Assembly: GCA_977017575.1 (NCBI GenBank)
Contig: CDRNVI010000012.1
Coordinates: 1,136,653 to 1,200,652 of the forward strand
Direction: 5' to 3'
Length of the DNA stretch: 64,000 bases
Origin: Paramoeba atlantica
Taxonomy: Eukaryota; Protista; Discosea
Part shown: one piece after another, positions 32,322-43,405 of the stretch
Layout of the letters: each line of letters opens with the position of its first letter
Position numbering within the stretch: position 1 is the stretch's first letter
Made by a program: the position numbers and the translations under genes
Notes under the pieces: generated by a model
The model's database searches: none
Told to the model about the DNA's origin: nothing
What the model saw: only the letters and a program-made list of their open reading frames with translations

Positions 32322-33730
32322 TTATTGCGGTGGTTGTATAACTACCGCTCTACTCTCGATTATTGCGGTGGTTGTATAACTACCGCTCTACCCTCGATTA
32401 TTGAAAAAAGGTGAACAAAAACAGTGAAAATATAAAGAGGAACACAGTAATATAATAGAAGAAAAAATATAAAAGGGGGCTCCGGTGGTCCAAAACTGAA
32501 AAAAAGAATTCGAAAAAATGGGGGGGGGGGAGCCAAGGGGGGGGGCATACGTCGCGAAATTTTTTTCGATTTTTTTGCTTTTCAAAATCGAGCGCAGGGA
32601 AGTGGTAGAGTAGGCCGCGGCGATGACTTTCCACCCCCCCCAGGGGGTACCCCCCCTGGTACGCGCGAGAGGGGTCCGACAAGGTCAAAAATTCTGAAAT
32701 TTTTGGGATGACCCAAAAAACTATTTTTGATCCAAAACAAAATAGAAATATTCTTTTTCCAGAATCGACTCCTAAAAAGCATTTTAAGAGTTTAGGACCT
32801 CAGCTACCGTTCTGCGACATTGTTTTCGATAGATTCGTCCCCTACCCCTACTGGTAAGACATCAAAAACGGCCCAAATTCGGGTTAAAATTTCGTAATTT
32901 TTGCCGAGAAATCGAGCTTTTTCCCCGAAAAAAGTAGATTTTTCATGATCTTTTGGAGATTTTTCTTTTTTAGGCTCTTCGTTAAACGCCAAAATTGCGC
33001 AAAAATGGGTAATTTTAGACCTCCCCAGCACCTGATTTGCACGCCTGTATAACTACCGCTCTACCCTCTATTATTGAAAAAAAACAGTGAAAAAAATATA
33101 AAGAGGAACACAGTAATGTAATAGAAGAAAAATGTGTATTAAAGAGGGCCCCGGTGGTCCAAAACTCAAAAAAAAATTGAAAAAATGAGGGGTGGGGCAT
33201 ACGTCACGAAACTTTTTTCGAATTTTTTGCTTTTCAAAATCGAGCGCCGGGAAGTGGTAGAGTATGTCGCGGGGATAATTTTCCACCCCCCCACCTCGGG
33301 GTTTTCCACCCCCCCCCCTGGTACGCGCAGTAAGGGTCCGACAAGTTCGAAAATTCTGAAATTTTTGGGGTGACCCCCAAAAAAAAAATTGATCAAAAAC
33401 AAAATAAGAACAATATTTTTCCAAAAATCGACTCCTAAAACGTATTTTGAGAGTTTGGAACCTCAGCTACCATTCTACGACTTTTTTTCGAGAGATTCGC
33501 CTCCTGCCCCTACTGGTAAGGTAGCAAACGTGGCACAAATTTTAGTTACAATTTCGCAATTTTCGCCGAAAAATCGAGCGTTTTCACCCAAAATAGATTT
33601 TTCATGATCTTTTGGCGATTTTTCTTTTTTATGCTCTTCGTTAAACGCGGAGGTAGTTTTCAACGCGAAGCGCGCAGCATGAGTGACTTCTAAGTTGAAA
33701 ACAACCACCGCGTTTAACGAAGAGTCTAAA
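32322..33730 (+). mobile_element. Two head-to-tail copies of a hairpin-ended non-coding repeat (Helentron/HINE-like)
   Basis: Copy A from about 32322 (38-bp unit duplicated) to 32988; copy B about 33046-33730 ending in a long palindrome; homologous to the inverted copy at 57288-58197. Confidence 0.7.
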
Positions 33731-34031
33731 TTAAAATACGCTTCTTTGAACACCTTTTTTCGATCGTTGAACATGAACATGTAAACCACAGTTCAGTTTA
33801 CCATACCTATACCCCCGCAATATGTTGGGGGGTATATTACTGTGTCCACTCCGTTTTGCTATACCCATCCTCCGACAGTAATATCTAAAATCTTAGAAAA
33901 GGCCTGACGGAAAAAGTATTTACAAAAAATAAAGGAGATTTCGCGTCTTTTGACCCTAAACTGGCTTTTTCATAAAATTCGTAAACAAATTTTGCAATAA
34001 GTCGCCCCGCTAAGCTAATAGTCCTAACCTG

Positions 34032-34778
34032 ATGCATGCATTTTCGGAACACGACGCTATTACTCGTAAAGGAAAAGTGCGTTCTTTTCTCGTTCCTTCT
34101 CCTGAGGCCCAGCTGTGGGAATTCGCAAAGCATTTTGACGCCCCCATCCCGAGTTGGAACGTTAAAACCCCGATAGAGAGCTGGTATGGAATTTTTTACG
34201 GAGATAAAATTTGGAGAGTAGAATATTCGTTCCCCCAACTTGGTGGTGTGCTACGCTTGGAAGTTTTGCCAAGAGGTGTAACTCACTTGTCTCTCACACG
34301 TTGTGGCCTGCGGGGACAACTAAACCTAGATGATCTCCCTGGGGGTACGGTTGATCTTCATCTCAATAAAAACTTTTTTTCTGGACCCATTTCGTTAGAC
34401 TTACTTCCTGTAACCCTTCAAATCTTGAATCTTTCGAATAACAGGTTATGTGGTTCTTTGTCATTCGACTTATTACCACTATCTTTATTAAAAGTATATT
34501 TGCAAAGCAACATTTTCGGAGGTGCTTTTAGGCTACATGAGGTTCCTGACACGGTACGCGTTTTAGATTTGAGTAGCAATCGCCTCATGGGATTAGTCAA
34601 TGTGACAAGCTTTTCGACTCAGAAAAATCAAATTATTAAACTGAGCAGAAATGAACTCCTTTTCGAGCCTGACATCACGCATCCCAACATTGAAAAGGAG
34701 CTACACTCTGACTTTGAACTTTTCCTAATTTCGGCGTCTGTCATTTCATGGGTATTTCTTGCCATTTATGCCACTTAA
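34032..34778 (+). CDS. Leucine-rich repeat protein with C-terminal hydrophobic segment
   Basis: LWEFAKHFDAPIPSW..ESWYGI cap, LRRs, terminal FELFLISASVISWVFLAIY. Confidence 0.82.
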   Translation: MHAFSEHDAITRKGKVRSFLVPSPEAQLWEFAKHFDAPIPSWNVKTPIESWYGIFYGDKIWRVEYSFPQLGGVLRLEVLPRGVTHLSLTRCGLRGQLNLDDLPGGTVDLHLNKNFFSGPISLDLLPVTLQILNLSNNRLCGSLSFDLLPLSLLKVYLQSNIFGGAFRLHEVPDTVRVLDLSSNRLMGLVNVTSFSTQKNQIIKLSRNELLFEPDITHPNIEKELHSDFELFLISASVISWVFLAIYAT

Positions 34779-35048
34779 CGTTATCGAAAATTTTACCTTT
34801 ATCGTAAAATTAACGTTATCGAAAATGATGATACAGACGCTGATCAACTACTATTTGCGCTTACTTACATAACTTACAACTTGTAGCTTTCCTTCAATTT
34901 ATCTTTCCTTAATTTATCGTTCCCGTAATATTTACGGGCACTGTACAAATTTTTGCGAGCACTGCGCTTACAAGAACGTACAACGTACTCACCTTTTTCT
35001 CACACCCATCCCGAATTCTCCCCTTTCCCTTTTACTACCACTTCCCCC

Positions 35049-35804
35049 ATGCACGCAACACGCCTTTCTTCCCTCTCTAACCGCTACACCCTATCCCACC
35101 CTCCCCTCCCCACCTCACTCCAACACTTCACCCCTTCCCTTTTCTCCTTTTCTCGCCCCCGACTCCCACCTCTCTTTTCCCCTCGCATCACCTTTCCCCT
35201 CCCTCGTATCGCCTCCCCCTCCCCCTCCTCCCCCTACACCTTTTCCCTCCCCCCCTACTCCACCACAACCCCCACACGCCATCCCACAACCCCCTCCTCC
35301 CCCTCCTCCCCCCGCCCCCCTCTCGAGCCCATGCCCACCAAGGACCGCTACCCCCCACCCGGGTACAACCCCCACGACCCCCGCACCCCCCTCGCCCTCC
35401 TCATCGACGGCTCCACCCTCTCCCCCGCGACCTACGCGGACCGCCTCCCCCTCCTCACCCACCCCCGCGACCCCCACCCCCGCGGCACCACCTACCTCCC
35501 CCTCCTCCACCGCGTCTTCGCCCACACCCTCCCCCCGGACTGGGCCGTCCCCCTCCCCGCCCTCGGCGTCTCCCCCGAGCCCTTCCGCGTCGAGTCCTTC
35601 CTCCCGGTCCGGATGCAGATGGGGGCGGACGCCCACCACCTGGTCGAGTTCACGGCGGACAACAAGTACCGCGCGGTAGGCTTCGTGTGTGTGGCCGAGG
35701 ACCGGGGGTATTTCGAAAAGGTGGCGTGGGGGCTGCGGGGGTACGGGGTGGAGTTCCTGGTGCTGGACAGCGCGGGGGAGTTGAGTGTGCAGAGGGAGGG
35801 GTGA
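35049..35804 (+). CDS. Hypothetical protein with low-complexity N-terminus; possible NYN/PIN-like fold
   Basis: Globular part LALLIDGS...RVESFLPVRMQMGADAHHLVEF; first ATG at 35049; domain call is tentative. Confidence 0.6.
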   Translation: MHATRLSSLSNRYTLSHPPLPTSLQHFTPSLFSFSRPRLPPLFSPRITFPLPRIASPSPSSPYTFSLPPYSTTTPTRHPTTPSSPSSPRPPLEPMPTKDRYPPPGYNPHDPRTPLALLIDGSTLSPATYADRLPLLTHPRDPHPRGTTYLPLLHRVFAHTLPPDWAVPLPALGVSPEPFRVESFLPVRMQMGADAHHLVEFTADNKYRAVGFVCVAEDRGYFEKVAWGLRGYGVEFLVLDSAGELSVQREG

Positions 35805-35939
35805 ATGGGGAGGGGGGAGGGGGGGTAGAGGATGAGAAGGGTAGAGGAGGAACAGAAAAGAGGCGGGTGGTTTTGATGGAAAGTTTTGCTTTGTCGTTTT
35901 TTGTAACATGATAGGGAGGGGTAGAATTTTCTTTTTTTA

Positions 35940-36863
35940 TTGAATCTCCTGTCTTGGTACTTACATTTGCCCCCCTCCCTTGTTTGCATGATCCTTGAAA
36001 ATGTTTTCCATCGAAAATTACTGTATCGCACAACCCTCCAGTACACCAACGATTATCAAAGGCACAGATTGTGGGAAGGGCTTTATTCTCGAATCCGAAA
36101 CTCAAGGCGAGCAAATATGCGTTATTTCCACAGTTTTGTCCTGTATCATTTCGTGCAGACGGTTCATTTCGTTCTAAAAGAACATCAGTGTCATCCCAAG
36201 AGAACCACTTTCAACATATTATTATGCGATATAAAATCCATAAGACGATTGAAAATGAAACATCGCAATATCAATCGTGCGACAGATGCCCTCTGTTTTG
36301 TACACCCTTTCTCTTTAAATCAACTAGAAACGGCGTTCCGCACCTTGGAATCTATGGATTCTGTGCTTGAACCTGCCCCGAATGTTCTGGTTGAGAATGA
36401 TTTGGGAATCATAGCGCTTTGTCCCTGCTACATTATAGGACAGTGTCTTAGAAAAAGGGGTACCTCACTTGGATGGATAGAAAAGCCTAAAGTAGACCAC
36501 AATGCCTATCTGAAATCACGTAATACAAACATTTGCATGTCTCATATGGATAAAACGTTTATTGGCCTCTTGTGGCGACGTACCACTGCGGTAGCCATCC
36601 ATGTTGGCTTGCATGTGCTAGGTTATACTCACCCGGAATCGTTACCTCAACGGTATCAGCGTACTGTCTCTAACGGTCTATGTTTCCTTAAGAGAGCGCT
36701 TGGGTTTGATTCGACGCAAACGTTAAAGAGTACCTCAATGGCTCAAAAAGAGCGTCAGCTAGCCAGAAAATATATTTTCAACATTTATCGACGAAAGAGA
36801 AGGATTCTTATGGGTCCAGGTGAAAGGTTTGCACGTTTAAGCCCTTTTACTCCTGTTGTCTAG
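35940..36863 (+). CDS. Hypothetical protein
   Basis: 307-aa ORF on the coding strand; no recognisable motif. Confidence 0.5.
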   Translation: MNLLSWYLHLPPSLVCMILENVFHRKLLYRTTLQYTNDYQRHRLWEGLYSRIRNSRRANMRYFHSFVLYHFVQTVHFVLKEHQCHPKRTTFNILLCDIKSIRRLKMKHRNINRATDALCFVHPFSLNQLETAFRTLESMDSVLEPAPNVLVENDLGIIALCPCYIIGQCLRKRGTSLGWIEKPKVDHNAYLKSRNTNICMSHMDKTFIGLLWRRTTAVAIHVGLHVLGYTHPESLPQRYQRTVSNGLCFLKRALGFDSTQTLKSTSMAQKERQLARKYIFNIYRRKRRILMGPGERFARLSPFTPVV

Positions 36864-37552
36864 CGTAGAACCATTTTTTTCCTGTGTAACTTGTTCAATT
36901 TTTGAGAAGCTTTTGAGCCATTCTCACCTAGATACACAAGGGTGGCGATTTCTAGATCATACTCCTTGGTTAACACCTCTGTAATACACCTCTGTATAAA
37001 GAATTCATTTTTCATTCTTTCCAAAAGCTAGTATTTCTTGTTGACTCCTAAATACATGTATCTCCTGAATTTGGTTTTTTCTTCGCGATATGTTTTTGGT
37101 TTACGTCGCATGTTCTGATGAGTGTTCCGGGACTGAACGTATCCAAGCAAGTCGCATTTGAGGGGCAGGACTTCCGCAAGAGTACGAACCTGAGCAACTG
37201 GTACGCGACATTTCTACTCGTCTTCCATCATGGACATCTCACACTCCCGCCTGTAAATGGGAGTGCTTCTCCTGCAACACGGACTTGAAAGTAATATGGC
37301 TTATCGCTAGGAACATGAAGGGTAAGCTTGACCTCCCACATCTCCCTTTCTCTTTCGAACGCTTGCAATGTGCAAGAGGGTATCTTTTTGGATCACTTTA
37401 GCTGCATGAACTCCCGTCAAGCTTACAGGAGCTCGATCTTTCGCGTGGGAAGCTGTAAGGAGTCCTAGGTAGCATGTTTCGATAGCTACATACGTGCTTG
37501 CATCTGTTTCCCAAGCGACCGTCTCGACAAGAGCACCTAGTTCCATTGAGTC

Positions 37553-38692
37553 CTATGTAGAGGGTATAGCTTCTTTCCGTATTTCCAAGGACCTGGTATA
37601 TTCACCAAATTCTGTTTTTCCTTGACGTCTCATGAGACGAATATGCTCTTGCATTGCCCTACCAAGTCGAGTTGTAGGGGCGTCTTCCTCACTTGAATCG
37701 CTCGATGCATCATCCGGTTCGCCGCTGGATGATTCTTCCTCCTCCAACACATCTTCCCCATCAGGAAAGGGCCCTGACGAGTGTTCCGCCATAACTTTCA
37801 TTAGTTTCTGAAAGCGATGAACAGGAGGAGTCTTAAAAAACATTTGGCATAAAATGCTGGCTCGTGATTGGCATCTTTCAATGGTTCGTCCCCAGGTGTG
37901 AAAAAAACTTGAACAATGTTGTTTTAGGGTGGCGTGTGCAGGCTCTGCATTGTTCGTATGTACAGTGAATCCTGGAGAGTGTTCGCGCGAAAATGCGTCT
38001 GCATGACATGTCGTATGACGTCGACAGAATTCGTCTGCTCCACGATACGCGCGCCATTCGTCTGTAATAACAAGGGCGTTTCTTCCTGCAATGACGCATC
38101 GTATGAAATCATGGCATATGTCCTTGGTACGACGAATTGTAGCCTCCCAATAAGTCTGTGTAGACTTTCCTGTTTCTGGATCTACTTCGGTTGCTGTTAT
38201 AAACCAAAATTTACATTGACGCACCTTTCGCCCTCGGTTATGAAGGCGTCTTCCAATATAGGTTTCATCAACCATTAAGTAAGCCATGAGCGTCTGTGAA
38301 GCCCGAATAACTGAGAAGGTTCTTTCTAGCTGTTCAATATCGCGCAGAACCTGGCGTTGAGACGGACGAACGCTGAGAGCAATTGAACTTGGAAGGTGGC
38401 CCTGAGCGAAGAGCAACCAGATTCGAAATTTGGAAACAATGCTAGTTCCACTGGGGAAGAAATGACCATATAATGCAATTTTTAATCAGCACTTGCTCCC
38501 ATTTGCCAATCGTTTGTAGCAGATTCTGCCCAGAGGTCTGACTTCACAACGTGGACAAACTGTTGAGCTGCCGAAATCATGGCCTTGAAGCCAAAGAATC
38601 ACATTTTCCTCGGTAATATCAAGCACTGACTTCACCAAAAGAAGACATGCAAATGTGACAACCAGAGCAATCCATAACAGGTGCAATTCCAA
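37553..38692 (-). pseudogene. Merlin/IS1595 (ISXO2) DDE transposase with one in-frame TGA
   Basis: N-terminal Zn ribbon (WLQGH..CPRC..C) 38486-38692 in frame with 37553-38416 containing MVDETYIG, VITDEWRAY, HTNNAE; acidic tail. Confidence 0.85.
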
Positions 38693-39093
38693 TAAAAAAG
38701 AGAATATTTTATAAGGTAGAAGTCTATTTCGATAAAATATACTCTAACCTGCGTATTTAGATCATGGACAACCACTTTAATACACTGAAGTATACATTTT
38801 CGAGACCGATAAAATGTCTAAAACGCCTAAAAATAGCGTTTTCTTGCTCATTTCGCACCGACAAAAAGAAGAGGAAAATATTTTCTTTTGCATTTTTTTG
38901 GGTACATTTTCATGTCGTTCATCCCGAAAAAATAAACAAGTGCTAAGAACAATTTTAAGTTGGTGGGAGGACCAGTATAAAACCACTTTTAAGAAACTTT
39001 TGCTGTCTCTTCAAGGGCGCATGGATTTCTTTTTCTTCCTTCAAACTTCCCTTAACAGACCTCCTTACTTATTTTTTCTCCTTGTGGTGTGCT

Positions 39094-39783
39094 ATGAACT
39101 TTGCAGACCCTTCTTCGTCACGATTAGGAAAGGCGCGGAAAATAGCTCTTCCCCCAGAACACATCTTGTCTGAGTTTGTAGCGAACGTTACGAATCCCCA
39201 CGAGTCGTGGACCAGCCATACTCCGGCATGTTCTTGGTTCGGACTCACCTGTGATTCTAGCGGCCACGTCACCGAGATTAACTGGCGAAACCTAAATGTC
39301 GGCGGTCCCCTCCAGTGGGCCTTCCTTGTTTTCTCGTTGCAAAAGATTGAGCTGACAAAGTTTTCTGCTTTGAAAAATCGATTTTACGGACCGCTTTCTC
39401 TCTCCCAATTGCCTCCTACCCTGCGCTACCTCTCTGTCTATGGCAACGCATTTACAGGATCCATCGATTTAACAAACTTACCCAAGACCATGGAATATTT
39501 GTCCGTTGGCGATAATGCTCTCTCTGGGAGCATCGATCTCTCGTGTCTTCCATCAACGCTACGCTCTTTGGACTTGTCCTATAATATAGATCTCGGAGGG
39601 GACATTAACCATAAAGAGCTGCCCGCCTCCCTTACAGAGCTAGAAACGGAAGGTACAAACATCGATGCAGAAAAAAAAGGGATAACACCCTGGGATTCAT
39701 TTGATAAAAAGGATTTGGAAAACAGAATGAAGATGCCGGGAATCGACGAAATGTTTGGGCAAAATGACTTTCAGCTTCCGTAG
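39094..39783 (+). CDS. Leucine-rich repeat protein
   Basis: LSEFVANVTNPHESW..ACSWFGLTCD cap plus LRRs. Confidence 0.85.
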   Translation: MNFADPSSSRLGKARKIALPPEHILSEFVANVTNPHESWTSHTPACSWFGLTCDSSGHVTEINWRNLNVGGPLQWAFLVFSLQKIELTKFSALKNRFYGPLSLSQLPPTLRYLSVYGNAFTGSIDLTNLPKTMEYLSVGDNALSGSIDLSCLPSTLRSLDLSYNIDLGGDINHKELPASLTELETEGTNIDAEKKGITPWDSFDKKDLENRMKMPGIDEMFGQNDFQLP

Positions 39784-40040
39784 CCAATTTTGCAAAGGGA
39801 AGGTGTACTGCCGTTTGGACGGGTGCGAAATCAAATCAATATTCTGCATGAACATAGATATAAATGAATAGTGCGGGTAGAGAGTTTTCATTCGATGCTT
39901 CTCAGCGGTTATTTATTATTTTTTGTATGGAATCAACTTCAGTGTGAAAAAGTTGTTGTCTATCACAATGTGTAGTCCCAGCGTGTGAAATGAAATGAAC
40001 CTTCACGCTTTTTGTCGCATTTGAACAGACTTTACTTTTC

Positions 40041-40880
40041 ATGTCATTAAATTCCATTGTCTCCGTCCTTGTGATGCTGGCTCACACTGAAGTGTCTTCT
40101 TCATCGGCATGGAAAACTGCAAATCTTTGTTTATGCACAGACAAGAATGTCCGTGCGGCAAAGACAAAAGGTGCTTTCTACTCCGACGAAATCTACATGC
40201 AACGCTTGATTCAAAAAATATCTTTTGCAAGTCTTGATCAGGTTTTTTATTATGGCTACTCTGCTACTGTGGAAGATGCGCAGTCAAGGCCACCCATATG
40301 GAACACTCCATGTAAATGGAATGGGGTTCATTGTGACGACGAGTCTCGAGTCATAGAACTCACGTGGATATATTTTAAGATGCGCGGGGAGATCGATCTT
40401 GCGCATTTACCGCCACTTGTGCGTCTAGTTAGCTTAGAGTTTAATCATCTCACTGGTTCTCACGACTTTTCTGGTCTTCCCGTTGCTCTTGATAAAATTA
40501 GAACAGAAGCAAACCGCTTTGCGTGTCCCGTAGATTTGACTTCCTTACCTTCATCTTTGACCATACTATGTGTGTCTCGAAACAAACATTTCGGCGAGGT
40601 GGACTTAACGACACTTCCACAGCGGATGACTTCACTGGGTTTACAAAGAAACGAGTTTTCGGGATCAGCTTCGCTGGCTTTTTTACCTTCCACTTTAGCA
40701 GGAATATTTCTGAACAATAACAATTTTTCTGGTGAACTTGATCTGCGTACATTGCCGGGATCATTACTTTTCTTATCCGCAGAAAATAATAAATTTACCC
40801 GTGTAAGCGGTTTGCAGAACCTGCCACAAAATCTGATTCTGGAGCTTAACGGAAACCTTTTTCAGGGTGAATCCTGGTAA
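40041..40880 (+). CDS. Leucine-rich repeat protein with hydrophobic N-terminus
   Basis: PCKWNGVHCDDESRVIELTW cap, LRRs; possible signal peptide MSLNSIVSVLVMLA. Confidence 0.85.
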   Translation: MSLNSIVSVLVMLAHTEVSSSSAWKTANLCLCTDKNVRAAKTKGAFYSDEIYMQRLIQKISFASLDQVFYYGYSATVEDAQSRPPIWNTPCKWNGVHCDDESRVIELTWIYFKMRGEIDLAHLPPLVRLVSLEFNHLTGSHDFSGLPVALDKIRTEANRFACPVDLTSLPSSLTILCVSRNKHFGEVDLTTLPQRMTSLGLQRNEFSGSASLAFLPSTLAGIFLNNNNFSGELDLRTLPGSLLFLSAENNKFTRVSGLQNLPQNLILELNGNLFQGESW

Positions 40881-41387
40881 CGTGCTCTCAGTCTCTGTCC
40901 GCTCCTTACCAACATGATTCTTTTGATCATTTGTTCGTCAGAACTTTGGAACTACAAAAAAAATGCACCTATCAACGGATACCATGCAAGTTGCTCATAC
41001 ATTGTATTTCATTCAGTTGCTCATACATGTATTTCAGTTGGCTCCGGATGACACTGACTGAGGAGAAAATATTTGGTCGATTTTTGGATCATCGGATCCC
41101 ATTTTTATACTTTTTCCTTTGCTTTTACTAGCTCGATTAGGACCGCATGCATAGTTCCTGTCGCGTTTTGACTGACACGAACTGACTAATCATGTCGCGT
41201 TCTGGCTGACATTGAGTAGCACGAACTGACACTAACTGACACTGATTAACACTGCCTGACTGTATAGTGTCCCATAGACAGGTGCATTCTTTCCGATAGT
41301 CGACTACTAGAGTCATCGCCGAGGACTCATTTTTTTTTCCTACGACTGGTCAAAACTAAGGTACACTTAATTACAGATGCAAATATA

Positions 41388-41712
41388 CTCCCCCTCTCAT
41401 TAATAATTATAAACCACCAAAAATCATTAAAGGGATCATTTATAGAAATTTAATGAGATTATAATTCTGAGTCTCACTTTTATAATTATAAACCTCAAAT
41501 TCTTCATTTTTTATCTACAAAGACACCTGTACTACATACTTTGCACTAAAAATTGCTTCCAAGTTGAACGAAGTGTCTCGAAAATCAAGAAATTGAAGTC
41601 CATAGTAGGAAAAAATCATTATCGAATCTCATTAATAATTATAAACTATAATTATAATTATAAACTAAAAAGGTTTATAGATTATAATTATAATTATTAA
41701 TGAGAGGGGGAG
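41388..41712. mobile_element. Stowaway-like MITE (Tc1/mariner family)
   Basis: 25-bp perfect TIR CTCCCCCTCTCATTAATAATTATAA with TA on both sides (41386-41387, 41713-41714). Confidence 0.88.
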
Positions 41713-41928
41713 TAGAACGTTCCTGATCTAAAATTAAAAAGAGGGCGTCACCTACACGTGAGGGGCTGCGGGGCGCGGGTTCGGTGATGCACACCTGCAG
41801 CCCCTCATAATTAACGTCACCCGTCATAGTGTTCTTCACTACACACCTTCGGCTTGATTTTCTTTTCTTTTTGAAGGCAACTCTTTCTTTACACCCCTCC
41901 ACCCCTTTCTTCCCCCTCCCCTCCCCCC

Positions 41929-43191
41929 ATGCCCCCGTACAAACCCTCCGGCCGGTTCCGTTTCTGCATCTCCAACACGCGCAAATCCCACCACCTCATG
42001 CCCCGCCGCCCCCACACCCGCGGCAGTGGGGTCGCCAACAAGTCCCCCGAGGAGTACCCCTCCAGTCTCACCTACGGGTGTACCAAAATGGGACTCGCCT
42101 GGTATTACAAGCAACGGCGCCGGGGGCCGTACGCGAAGTTCCCGTGGGTGGAGTGGAGCCTGGACCCCGTGGGCCACACCCGCCCACCCCGTGACCGTGC
42201 GTTCTCGGATCAGCTCCCCAGGGATAATGTCCCGGGGTGGAACATGTACCAAAGCGATGGGGAGGACTTTCGTATGGACCCGAGCCAGACCCCGCTGGTG
42301 GGGTTAGTCCCGGTGATACAAAAGTATGCGGGGGCGACGTGGGGCTCGGAAAAGCTACGGGGGTATTTGGTCACGCTCCAGGAGTGGTTTCCGACGGTGC
42401 GGGAGGTGGTGAGGTTTTTTGCATCGGATCCCAGGATGGCGATGGGGGCGACCACGGGTGGGTTGTTTGGTGGGGGTGGGAGTCCCCGGATGACGCTCCC
42501 CGGGGAGGGGTGTCCGAGTCGGACAGCGTTGACCATTAGTGCGTTAAGTACGGGAACGATTGAGCCGTACCATCATGTTCGAGTGAGGAGTTTGGTGGAA
42601 ATATTGGAACAATCTTCGAAATTCGTTGGTGCTGCGACAAACGAGACATCTCTGGATCCGGACAAAGAGAAGAATCTTTCCGCCACACAGAATAAGACTG
42701 TCTTTATCCCCGAAGGATTTTTGCTGCATTTCACACTTCTAGTAGAGGCCGTTGACGATCAGTTTTTTGCGAAGCGCTACCGCAGTGAGCTGCACAGCCA
42801 GCACGGTGTGTTGCGTACGCGGCAAGGGGAGCGGTACTACGCTTTGCCGCATCCCCGAACGGGACCGGCATGGCCGCAGGCAACGGCCCAAGCCGGTCAT
42901 TATGAGCCTGCTTTCGGCGCGACACGAATGCTCCCGCAAGATCATTATGGTGGGTACCCCTCCTATCACAGAAAGCTGTACAACCCTCCTCGGATAACCG
43001 CTCCTTTGGATAGTGAGGCGAGTGGAAAAAATGAGGCGGATGTAAAGTTTCCGCAGAGTGGGACAAAATCGAAAGGGAAGGACACTGGTGAAGAGGAAAT
43101 CGACGTGTTGAAGGAAAAGATCTTTCCTGGATATTTTCATCCGTCCTATGTGTTCGATCGTCCGACGCGTACGAATATGATGCCTCCGTAG
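41929..43191 (+). CDS. Hypothetical protein, probably mitochondrial
   Basis: 420-aa ORF after a T-rich tract and AG (41875-41876); aromatic/Arg-rich, no domain recognised. Confidence 0.7.
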   Translation: MPPYKPSGRFRFCISNTRKSHHLMPRRPHTRGSGVANKSPEEYPSSLTYGCTKMGLAWYYKQRRRGPYAKFPWVEWSLDPVGHTRPPRDRAFSDQLPRDNVPGWNMYQSDGEDFRMDPSQTPLVGLVPVIQKYAGATWGSEKLRGYLVTLQEWFPTVREVVRFFASDPRMAMGATTGGLFGGGGSPRMTLPGEGCPSRTALTISALSTGTIEPYHHVRVRSLVEILEQSSKFVGAATNETSLDPDKEKNLSATQNKTVFIPEGFLLHFTLLVEAVDDQFFAKRYRSELHSQHGVLRTRQGERYYALPHPRTGPAWPQATAQAGHYEPAFGATRMLPQDHYGGYPSYHRKLYNPPRITAPLDSEASGKNEADVKFPQSGTKSKGKDTGEEEIDVLKEKIFPGYFHPSYVFDRPTRTNMMPP

Positions 43192-43405
43192 GATGGGGAA
43201 TAGTATTGTAGTAAAACTTTTTCCCCGGTGTAATTTTTCTTCAGCTATCAAACGCTGTAAATAGTTTGGATTAAAATGAACACGAAGTTGCGTTTGATTC
43301 ATATTTTAATCTTTTCTGGAAGCATTTTTTTAAGCTACTTGCGTATGCCCCGTGTTCTTATTACTTATCAAAACGATTAAAACTTTCTTTAAAATACACG
43401 AGGAA

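Noticed and set aside
34826-34844. ATGATGA...CTGA as a C/D snoRNA
   Set aside because: No terminal D box at the expected 70-100 nt distance.
36953-38765. tagatcat direct repeat as the 8-bp TSD of the second Merlin
   Set aside because: No convincing TIR inside it, and an 8-mer match is likely by chance over the searched flanks.
42739-43302. Minus-strand ORFs of 100-200 aa overlapping host genes (also 17420-17995, 61801-62340)
   Set aside because: Antisense to well-supported CDSs with no recognisable motifs.
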